This document shows, in pieces, positions 12,225 through 22,199 of a stretch of DNA of 64,000 bases; position 1 is the stretch's first letter; every line of letters begins with the position of its first letter. Origin of the DNA: Octopus sinensis (lineage: Eukaryota); contig NC_043003.1 of the NCBI RefSeq assembly GCF_006345805.1, positions 30,008,001 through 30,072,000 on the forward strand, in the 5' to 3' direction. The notes beneath the pieces were generated by a model. That model was given only the letters and a program-made list of their open reading frames with translations, ran no database searches and was not told the DNA's origin. The translations under genes and the position numbers were made by a program.

Positions 12225-13661
12225 ATGGATTTCGACTTGGCGTCGAAGAGTGACTTTCCCGTGATGGGAAAAGGTGAACCAAAGGATACTGAAGTCAAAA
12301 AACAGTCTTTTTCGGCCGCAGTGGGCGGAACCATAACGGATGTAGAATTTAAGATTGAACAGTTATTCGAATTTCGGAACTTGGTAAAAATGGAAGGCAA
12401 TGAAATTAAACTGGTACCGCCGCAAGCGAAGGTACAGGAAATAAAGGCAAAGACAGTTGTATACAAAGTTTATAGCAGCAAAGAAAAAAAAATCATGGAT
12501 GTCAAAAACGAGATAGTAGAAAAGTGCTTGTCCCCGGTATGGGACAAAATTCGCCACGTTGTCCGAGGTGCTCGCAGCGCTACCGTTGAAGCACATTTCG
12601 ACTCGGCTGAAGTGGCAAGAGAGGTGTCATCAATGACCTTGAAAAGTGAGGATATCATGTTGCTACCCTCGTATGTGGGGAAAAGAACAGCCAAACTACA
12701 TGTAGAGGATATACCGAGAGGGTATGATATAATGTGGGTAGCAGCGGCAGTCCTGCACAACGTAGAGCGGGAAGTTTCAATTCTGCAGATGAGAAGGAAA
12801 GAGGAGGTGCGCTGGAAAGGACAAACGCTAGAACTCCTCGTTCAGGCGGAAAATAAGATACTAGAAAACTTACCCGATAGGGTATTTAATGAGGATGGAA
12901 CTTCAATGAGAGTGTCAGTGGAGGGGCGCAGACCTAGGTGCTTTAAATGTGGCGAAAAGGGTCACGTCCGCTCAAACTGTTTAAAAAAAAAGAAAATCAA
13001 CGAAGCCCCTCCTCAAAGTGCTTCAAACACTGAAAAAGAGAAGGCGGAAAAAGAACCCAAGACGGCGACAAGGAAAGAAACCGAAACGGAGGATTTTAAT
13101 GAACAAATGGAATATACACAAGTGACACACAAAAGAAAAAAAGATAACACCCTGGACTCCCCTCCCCAAACAAGGAAAAAATCAGCAAACACCGCAGACA
13201 TACAGACAAAACAAATTCCCCAGCCCTACCCCCACAGCACTGTATTCATTGGAACACAGTTCGCCAAGCCCCTCCCCATAAAACAAGATTTGAAAAAATT
13301 GCTAAATAAAAATGATAAGATTATAGCATTTGACGAGAAGAATGATAGGGTGTACAAATATTTTAAATTTTCAAAATTTAAACTATTCAGCAAGTCTACA
13401 GACACAAAAGCAACCACTCGCTTCGCAAAAATAAAGGAAGACGAGTGGAAGGAAGAAACACTGCAAGAACATTTGAAGAATAGGCTTATAAGAGATGTAA
13501 CGAAGGAAGTACTGGAGGGTAAATTTATTATAACCCCGGCAACCACACCTACCCAGAGCCTGATGGCAACGCCGGTTAAGAGCCCTGCAGCTACGACCAC
13601 AAGGGAGGAAGAAGGGGAAGCAGGCAGATTTAAACTGTCATGCTCCCTGTCCCAACCGTAA
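12225..13661 (+). CDS. LINE ORF1 protein (478 aa, CCHC zinc knuckle), intact
   Basis: Open ORF with VEGRRPRCFKCGEKGHVRSNC, directly upstream of the APE ORF. Confidence 0.9.
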   Translation: MDFDLASKSDFPVMGKGEPKDTEVKKQSFSAAVGGTITDVEFKIEQLFEFRNLVKMEGNEIKLVPPQAKVQEIKAKTVVYKVYSSKEKKIMDVKNEIVEKCLSPVWDKIRHVVRGARSATVEAHFDSAEVAREVSSMTLKSEDIMLLPSYVGKRTAKLHVEDIPRGYDIMWVAAAVLHNVEREVSILQMRRKEEVRWKGQTLELLVQAENKILENLPDRVFNEDGTSMRVSVEGRRPRCFKCGEKGHVRSNCLKKKKINEAPPQSASNTEKEKAEKEPKTATRKETETEDFNEQMEYTQVTHKRKKDNTLDSPPQTRKKSANTADIQTKQIPQPYPHSTVFIGTQFAKPLPIKQDLKKLLNKNDKIIAFDEKNDRVYKYFKFSKFKLFSKSTDTKATTRFAKIKEDEWKEETLQEHLKNRLIRDVTKEVLEGKFIITPATTPTQSLMATPVKSPAATTTREEEGEAGRFKLSCSLSQP

Positions 13662-13688
13662 GTTTGTTTATTTTTTCTCTCACCAACA

Positions 13689-16410
13689 ATGGCAAAGCTG
13701 GGTTGTGTGAATGTACGTGGAATGGGGTCGAAATGGAAACAAATTTGTTTCCTGAACGACCTCACGACACATGGAGTGGACGTAGCTATTGCAACCGAGT
13801 CCAAGATGAACGGGGCCCAAGCGTTCTCGCCTCTTCTAAATGGTTTCGAGAAATTTATTTCTCCTGGAAGAGGAAGAGGCGTGGCAGTCCTCATCAGGAA
13901 GAGCTTGGACTTGCAGGTAAGTACTGTCTTTCTGGACCCAGAAGGCAGGCTGGTCGTTCTGGATGTGACCCACGTAAGTAAACAGTCCTTCAGGTTGGTA
14001 GCTGTCTACGCTCCGAATGAGTGTAGGCAGGCGGGTTTTTTTCGGAATCTGGAGCCCTTTTTAGCGACGTCGAAAACGGTAGTCTTAGTAGGGGACTTTA
14101 ACACTGTCCTTGAAGCGCGGGTCAACAGTGTTGGTTCAACCAATAGGAAGGGGAACCCTATCCTCAAGGGTCTACTAGAGAGCTTTGATCTAGTGGACCG
14201 TTATCGACTGGATGAGCCGAGCGTTCCACAGTGGACGTGGAGTAACAACGACGGCTCACACAGATCGTATATAGATAGGATATTCGTTAAGAAAAGAGAT
14301 AAGGATACGTTTAGTTGTCCACAGTTTCACATTGTGCCTTACATGGATCACAAATTTGTGACGTGTAGGATGCAATTAGATAAGTGCCATAGACAGGGAC
14401 CCGGGTACTGGAAGCTGAACAAGTCTATTTTGAATTGTGAAGACTTCCGTACCCGGATTAAGGTGTTAGTACAGAGGGCATTGTGTGGCACCATCATTAA
14501 CAATAGATGGTGGCACTCCCTCAAAAGAGCCATTCGTTCAGAGTCCATTAGATTTAGCAATCAGCTAAGGTTAGATAGGTCTAGGATAGAGGACGATTTA
14601 GTTAAGAATCTAAACGAGGCAATGGAAGCTGGCTCTGCATCCGGAGTGATGGCGGCAAGGACGGTATTGTACCGTCACCTTAACTCCAAACACGAAGGTT
14701 GTGAAGAAACGATCACTCCCGCAGAGATAGAGGGGATACTGTATGCCGGACTTGTTCGGGGGAATATTGGCAGGCGTCTACACGAACTGGCAGCAGAATG
14801 GGAGAATTCCCAGTTCTGTAAGCCGGGGAGTGGTGACGCTAATCCAGAAAGACCCGAGCAAGGGGGATAACATTAGTAATTACAGGCCCATAACTCTACT
14901 TAATGTAGAGTTAAAGATTTTGGCCAAGGTGTTGGCAAAAAGGTTGACGATTGTCATGGAGAAACTTGTAGGGAAAGCACAGACATGTGCAATTCCAGGC
15001 AGGTCGATCCAGGACAATCTTCACCTTATACGCTACACCTTAGATAGGGTGGGTAAATTAACCGGCAAGGGCGGGGTAATGGTCCATTTAGACCAAAGTA
15101 AAGCGTTCGATAGGGTAGACCATAAGTACCTGGCGACGGTCCTCGAAGCGGCTGGACTGGGCCCTGAATTTCGCAGGTGGATCTCCGCTATGTATAGTGG
15201 CATCAAGTCGATATCGTCCAGTGTCGTGGGACACTGGATGGATGGTCTTGTTAAGTTGCTAGGAGTTTGGTTTGGGTCAGACTCCCAAACGGAGAGGAAT
15301 TGGAGTGAGGTGACGGGCAAGGTGGAGGCCATAGTACGGACCTGGTCCGGAAGGCTTCTGTCCTTGAAAGGAAGGGTGGAGGTGGTACAGATGTTCATTG
15401 CATCTGTAATCACTTACCGCCTGACCGTTGTCCCTTGCCCCGATTCATGGCTTAGCAAGTTGGAGCGAATCCTTTTCCGCTTTTTGTGGAAGGGAGGAAA
15501 GCCACTTGTGAGGTGCTCTGTTTGCTGCCAGGAACCATTAAAGGGTGGGTTAGGAATGCCTTGGTTGATGATGCGCAGGCATGCGTTGAGGCTGAAGCAT
15601 CTCTGGCACCACCTGGAGGGTGATAAGGTGTGGAGTCCGCTGGCAGGGGAATTTTCCCCGAGACCGGCTTCCTTAGTGAATTTTAAACCCGGTCGCATCA
15701 AAAGACGGAATCTGACTTTATGGCAAAAGGAGTGCCGATAGGCACTCACTCTGATCCACAAGGCGGGCAAGGCCGGCTGTGGAAATACCACCTCGGTATT
15801 TTATAGCAGGCTGGTAGAGGCAAAGAACGACGACGTCCTAGGAGGGGCTCTGGGGTTTGACGAAGACCAGCTTACCAACCTGTTTAAAAAGACTTTCAGG
15901 ACGGGGTATTTGGATAATTTCCAAAGATCCCTGGCCTGGCAGTGTTATAGGAATGCTTTACCTGTTCACGAGAAGTTATCGTGGCACGGAATTTCAGTGC
16001 CACCGACGTGTCCAAGATGCGGGTTGGACGATGAAACCGTCCAGCACGCTTTTGTACACTGTCGGAAGTTGTCAGACTTGATAAGTTATGCAGAACACGT
16101 GTTATCGCATCTGGGACGAGTACAGCTGTCGGCTGAGTCTATGATTAAGATGATACCGCCAACTGGACTCTCGAAGGAAGGTGAGGCATGTTTTCACTGC
16201 ACGGTTGCAGTAGTAAAAGAATGCATGTGGCGTACGAGAATGGAAGGAGTCACGATAGGATCCTTTGTCTCAGGCCCCGGCTTGCTCACTTACTTCAGAT
16301 ATCATCTGAAGAGCAAAATGGGACTGGAAAAGAGGATCTTACCACAAGGTGTGTATGAAAAAAGATGGAAGGAAGTGGCAAAAAAGGTGGGTGTCAGAAA
16401 CCCAGCTTAA
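13689..16410 (+). pseudogene. LINE ORF2 (APE intact; RT lacks QG..LSP and YADD; frameshift and stops)
   Basis: APE motifs NVRG, ATE, GRGVAVL, VYAPN, GDFN, SYIDRIF, DHK. RT reads YRPITLLN..DQSKAFDRV..MYSGIKS and jumps to SSVVGHWMDGLVKLLGVWFG. Confidence 0.9.
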
Positions 16411-16679
16411 CTATGGATGGAGGAGAGGAAAGAAAAGCTGCGGGGCCTTATAGGTTGCCGGGGTTTAAAATATCGGTAAGATCGCAAGTTAATGTATGTT
16501 GTAATGTTCTATTAAGTCAATGCAAAGGACCATTTAAAGACAAATTTTGTTTAAGGAATAATCCATATATTATGGAAAATTTTTAATCGAACCACTTAAC
16601 TGTTTTTTGTATGTATGTCCTGTATTGTCCTTCTATGTAATGATTTTATGATCGTAATAAAGAAATACACCGGTTTATG

Positions 16680-16790
16680 AAACGTCGATAGAAATTAACT
16701 ATACCCAAAAAATGGTGAGTTGACGCAAAGAAGAAGGTGGTGCGATGCGCTGAATTGCATCGACTTTAGACGAGAGAGGTTCGACTACAC
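16680..16790 (-). mobile_element. Gypsy RT continuation on the far side of the LINE insertion
   Basis: Reverse strand reads VEPLSSKVDAIQRIAPPSSLRQL..LGIVNFYRRFINRCADKLFP and joins across the TSD to 11984. Confidence 0.85.
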
Positions 16791-17483
16791 TCTCCACGCC
16801 AACCAGAGAATCTACCAATTCAGCTCTTAGCCCGACACTTTTTGTTGCTATCTGGAGATGTTTTTCATTCTCTTTTGGCTTCTTTTCGAGAGCTACTCGA
16901 TATTACTTTTAAAATGGCAAAACCCGTACACTTGACACTCCATTTCATTACAACTACTGGGCCGCCTGTTTTTTTGTGCCCACGGCGTCTTGCACCTGAC
17001 CGTCTTAAAACGGCTCGGGGTGAGTTTGAGCATATGCTCCAGCTTGGTCTGATACGCCCATCCACCAGTCCATGGGCATCACCCCTTCATTTAGTTCGAA
17101 AAGGGGATACAGATTTTCGCCCGGTGGGAGATTATCAGCGTCTAAATTCTGTGACGATTCCTGACAGATATCCAATAAGGAATCTTAATGATTTTTCAGC
17201 GAATCTTCATGGCTGTACCATTTTTTCTAAGGTTGACCTCATACATGCTTATCATCAAATACCAGTCAACCCAGATGATGTTCCTAAAACGGCAATTACC
17301 ACTCCTTTTGGCTGTTTCGAATTTCTATACATGAGTTTTAGTTTGCGGAACGCCACTAGTACGTTCCAATGTTTTATAGATGAAGTTGTTCGTGGACTTG
17401 ATTTTGTTTACGCGTATGTCGATGATATCCTCATCGCAAGTGATACGCATGAAAATCATCTCCAGCACTTGTCTCAGCTTTTT
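16790..17483 (+). mobile_element. Gypsy protease-linker and RT N-terminal half, inverted relative to the rest of pol
   Basis: TTGPPVF..RRLAPDRL..IRPSTSPWASPLHLV..DYQRLNSVTIPDRYP..FSKVDL..KTAITTPFG..YVDDILIAS..HLQHLSQLF. Confidence 0.95.
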
Positions 17484-18302
17484 CATTTCCCAGTGTGCGT
17501 GTGCAGGGCTGGAACCTTCTGGAAAGGCCTAAGGAAGTTCCCTTATGCACATGCGCTAGAGACTGGGGAAGAAAATTCTATCGCATTCCTTGTTAGCGTC
17601 GTTGACTTGAGACACGGCCATTGAAGAGAAAGGACGTGTTAAACGTGTGGTTAGCCTATTCTCCTGTCCCAGACGCTTAGGATTTGACCTGCTCTGTTGC
17701 TGCTGAATTGGTTGTGAGGTTTATCTTACAAATGTTAAAATTCAGCCCTGCTATATCGAACCAAGTGGATACCAATATACCAACGTACTTCTTTTGTAAA
17801 TAAGAAAATAAAGAGTTATATATATTTTTAAGGTTGCGTTCTTGTCGGGGTCACCACTGTAATGGAACTGGTTGATTCTTTACACTGTTTGGGTGCAACC
17901 AATTTCCTTTCTTTAGTTTCCAGAAACTACCAGTCAGGAACAAGAACACAACCTTAAAAATATATATAACTCTTTATTTTCTTATTTACAAAAGAAGTAC
18001 GTTGGTATATTGGTATCCACTTGGTTCGATATAGCAGGGCTGAATTTTAACATTTGTAAGATAAACCTCACAACCAATTCAGCAGCAACAGAGCAGGTCA
18101 AATCCTAAGTGTCTGGGACAGGAGAATAGGCTAATCACACGTTTAACAAGTCCTTTCTCTTCAATGGCCGTGTCTCAAGTCAACGACGCTAACAAGGAAC
18201 GCGATAGAATTTTCTTCCCCAGTCTCTAGCGCATGTGCATGAGGGAACTTCCTTAGGCCTTTCCAGAAGGTTCCAGCCCTGCACACGCACACTAGGAAAT
18301 GA
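17483..18302. repeat. inverted repeat with 363-bp arms (17483-17845 / 17940-18302) and a 94-bp spacer; LTR-derived
   Basis: Arms are reverse complements with about 7 mismatches counted by eye. Confidence 0.95.
17844..17856 (-). promoter_or_regulatory. primer binding site for tRNA-Trp, following an LTR end (..ccattaca-g-TGGTGACCCCGAC)
   Basis: 13-nt match to the complement of the tRNA-Trp 3' end (GTCGGGGTCACCA). A Trp PBS is characteristic of CsRn1-lineage Gypsy elements. Confidence 0.75.
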
Positions 18303-18471
18303 CGTCACTATAAATGTATGCGTTTGCTGGGTCTATGAAGTTCTGGCTATAGTTTATTTGAAAATGTGTGTAACCTAAATTTGTAGCGAGCTATAAGCAG
18401 GCCAGCTGTCACTATATATAGTGGAACCTTGATGAATGTGGCGTCTGATTACTGGAATCAGTGTAGCAGCA

Positions 18472-19092
18472 TCACGTCTTTGAATTTCGCCACATTCCGA
18501 TGTCAGGAGTACTAAGAAATTTTTCTTCGATTCCTCCAAAAAGCCAAATAGTCTTTACAAGCCTACCTCGGTTATATTTTCTCCTAACCAAAACTGTCTC
18601 ATCAATTGCAACTGCGATCCCTGGCCCTCCAATTTGTGCTTGGGAATTTTCGACCCAATGAAGGCAAGCTTCACAATAGAAAGATCGCCAATCAACCGAT
18701 ATGTCTAAATTTTCCATAACAGCTTGATGTGACCAACCTTCTGTTAGGAAATGATTGATATATAAAAGAATTTTCCGCGAAGGTAACCGGCTCCGCTCCA
18801 AAAAGGTGTTCTTAAAGATAGACACCGAGAACCCGCATTCTGTTCTCCTTTGTCTCTGACGACGAACCATCTTCCTACAACGAAATATATTGGTTCCATT
18901 TCGGAGAACACAAGGTGAATTGCATGCTGGGCAATTCACATTTCTAGGGATTACCCCATGTTCGCGAAAAAATTGTAATGCCGAGTCATTTTTATATTGA
19001 AATCTACAAGCTCCGTTATACAGAGTTAGCTCACATGTAGTACAAAATGCCATTTTTAATGTTGCAAAATTAAAGTGAACGTCTCGTTTCAT
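18472..19092 (-). mobile_element. second Merlin transposase, internally deleted
   Basis: FFREHGVIP..CPAC..SVDWRSFY..QIGGPGIAVAIDETVLVRRKYNRGR..WLFGGIE, then jumps to GMWRN. Confidence 0.9.
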
Positions 19093-20379
19093 CGGTCAGT
19101 TGAAGTAACGGTTTTTGGTGTCTAATGGTGATACAAAACTAATAACTTTTGAAAATATTTTCGTATCAACTGACCAATGAAATGAGACCTTTTCCGCACC
19201 ATTAGTCACCAAAAACCGTTACTTCCCATAAACACATCTGAGTAATGGGGAAAAAAATGTCATGCATCATGTTAAGAAATTCGTAAATATGGGGCAGTTT
19301 TTTTTTTTTTTTTTTTTTCAACACAAAGGTTTCTCCCATCGTTTTTAAGTGTGTAGTGGCCACAAAATCGGTCCGAGGTGGAGGCAATCATCAAGCGTGG
19401 TGACAACAAAATCGGTCGGAGAGAGGTAGGGGGCCTTAAAAATCCACGTGAAAACGAGGAGGGGATACATTTTTTTCTTCTTTTTTTTTTGCTAAAACAA
19501 TAAAAAACTGAAAAACCCCTGTCAAAAAGGAGAAATACTAACTTGTTGGTGCTGACGAACTCCGACGTCCGCACCGCCAATAATAGATGGATAACGAACG
19601 CGAATATTTATATTATTAGGCACTTAAACGAAAAAGCGCCTCTTGATTTTCAAAATAATAAAAGTAATGTGTATTCAATATTGAAAGCAGTGGCAAGGTC
19701 AAAACTAATAATAATAAAATAATAATACTGTAGCCATTAGCAACTTCCTGCCCCAATGATGAAGGATTTCTACCCTTACTCATAAGTGAAATCAAGTAAT
19801 GAAAAATAACCTTCTGGCAGAATGAAATGGTGTGTGTGTTGGGGGAGAAATTTAGTGTGGTAGAACTGAAAAACTGACTCAATATCAGAAAGATGTTGCG
19901 AAAGAGAAAACTAATGATAACTGTAGCAATGAACAATTAAGATTCTGATTGATGAAACGAGGGGGTAAGCGTAGGAAAATTTAGAATGAAATGAGCAGAT
20001 GTCAGGCAGAAAACAAATCAGAGATTACACCATCATTTTATGTTAACAAGAAAAAAATACACGTGAAACAGCTTTGTCACGAACGACTGAAAGTCCTTTC
20101 ATGCGTTTATATTTAACTATAGTGTCTTTTTCTGTACTTGCATTATGTACTTTCGTTTTACTAGACCCAGGTTTCAAGATCAATATAGTTTTAATATACA
20201 TGGTGTTAATGGGTTACGTGTGATGAATATTCAAAAGTTAGATTTCAATCCGTAAGACAAAAAATAACGGGTGCTCTATAGATTCGTAAAATTGAATGAA
20301 TAATGAAGTGGCTGATGATTTCAAATTGTATTTAGCTTGCCTCTAACAGAGATGCTTTTTATAATCTTTACTGAGAGCC

Positions 20380-20590
20380 ATACATCATCATCTTCAACAA
20401 TTAATAAATGGACAACAGATCAACTTACCGATTTTCTATATCTTATTCACTTCTCCCTGAAATAATATTGAGAGATTTGCGAAATTGGATGATCAGCCAT
20501 CGTGTTGGACAACTGCACTGATAATGTTGAATGGACTTAGCAATAATACAGACCCAACTAATCGAACAGCAGCCTCGCTTTCGTAAAATG
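20380..20590 (-). promoter_or_regulatory. orphan copy of the ZNF promoter/first-exon cassette (donor at 20428, motif at 20571-20590)
   Basis: ttcaacaattaataaatggacaacagatcaacttaccg aligns with ttcagcaattagctattgacaatagatcaacttactg (55910-55945). agcctcgctttcgtaaaa matches the shared motif. Confidence 0.65.
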
Positions 20591-22199
20591 TTTTCTTTCA
20601 AAAATTGAATGCGGCAGCAATTAAATGTATTGCGCGTACAATAAAGATGGATATATTAATAATACTTGCATAGTAATGTAGTTCAACATCAAATGTAGAA
20701 CCCTCACGTGATTTATATCTAAAAGTTAAATAGTATATTGAAAGTTCAAACAATATCTCCAACTCTTGTGAAAAACATTTTCTTCTCCAAACAAATCTAA
20801 AGAAGTCTTCACGCCAAACATTGCCAATGATTTTTTGAGTTATTTCAACTCTGGTTGAAAAATGAAGCCAGACTCATTAACGGGTTGTACGGAAAATCTA
20901 GGAGTAAAAAGAGGCTATTTTGGAAGAGTTAACATCTATTAGGGGAAGTAACTGTGTCTTTAGCGTGTATTGTTGCTTGGTTCCAAGGGAACATATTTCC
21001 AGCAGACCTGTGCTCCAAAGCGTTCTGGCTATGACCATCCTGTCTTTTATTCCGACATCTCGAAGAATACTTTTCCAAAGATGGAGGATGTGATCTGAAG
21101 GAAATTTAGCAGATTAAAGTATCTTCGATAATAGAACATAATTTAGAAATGACAGGTTATTGAGAAAAGAGCTTGACAAAGAATATCATTTTACCTTAAA
21201 ACACGTGTTTTTGTCCAACAATTTTTCATCTAAATTTTCCTCGTAAGTATTCAAATACTCATCCTAAATGGTACCTTTTTCGCATTTCGTACATGGCTAA
21301 GGGATTGCAACGCTTACAAACAATAGTACAATACTGAGCAGCTGGCGAGAAAGAAACGTGAGTGTGTAGTGGGGGTATCACTCTTGTAGAATCCTACAAC
21401 CCAAATCTATGAACTTTATTTTGTGTGGGTTCAAGGGAAGAGAGTATGTACCCATAAACTTTAGAAGCTCTTGCAAGCTGGTGAGAACGATGCAGTTAAT
21501 GATAAGATTAGATACCTGCAGAGCAATGTCACAAAAAACGCGTGATGATGGAAAATAAATGATTGCGAAGTTAACGAGGAAAGATAAAGCGAAGATCTAG
21601 TAGAAAAAACAGAAAGAGTAATTTTGTTAGTTTGGAAAAACAGATTGTTGTAGACTAGCAAATTCTAAGAGATAAAGAAAATTGTTGAGTTGGAAAGAAA
21701 CATTTTTTGATAAAATTTCATTTTTTCCTGTTTCAACGCAGGGAGCTAATCATCACAGTATTGATATATCATCGATTAGATTCTAAGTTTTTGAAAACTT
21801 TTTAATGTATCGATATAAGATTCTTGGAGCTTTCCCATATGAACTTTAGTATTGAGCTCTACCTCTACCTCACAACAACACCAAGCTTTAGTCTTGGCCA
21901 TGGCTCAGACTGAGTAATTTCTGTGTTAATGATACTTTTTCGGACCGTAATCTTTCAACTCGGGTCAATGATCAGGAATCTCCCAATACGTTTATTCATT
22001 AACAAATTAGGATTTTCCTGTTTGGCTGCACCTGTGAAAATTTTAAAATTTAGAGTATTAATGTAATTTTCTAAGCTGAATCTCAGAAGATATTGCAGAT
22101 CTTTTCTGTTTGGCTGCCAGCGGTTCCAAAAATTAGAGTTTACCGAAAATTTTTTAATTTGGCATAATAATACACTTGTCCAAACCGAATTGCTGGAGT

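Larger units (their letters stand above)
11997..16666 (+). mobile_element. full-length-ended Tx1/L1-clade LINE with 13-bp TSD; ORF2 internally deleted
   Basis: TSD acaccggtttatg at 11984-11996 and 16667-16679. Contains a 5'UTR, ORF1 12225-13661, ORF2 from 13689 to ~16410 (APE, RT, zf CPRC..ETVQHAFVHC) and AATAAA near 16656. Confidence 0.95.

Noticed and set aside
17610-17655. Hammerhead ribozyme or Penelope pLTR in the inverted-repeat arms
   Set aside because: ttgaaga..taaacg lacks C3, G12 and a stem II. The PBS and TTACA end fit an LTR better.
18300-18315. CRE (TGACGTCA) plus TATAAA promoter on +
   Set aside because: The motifs are present, but the LTR is oriented on -, so the TATA is on the wrong strand. 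There is no other support.
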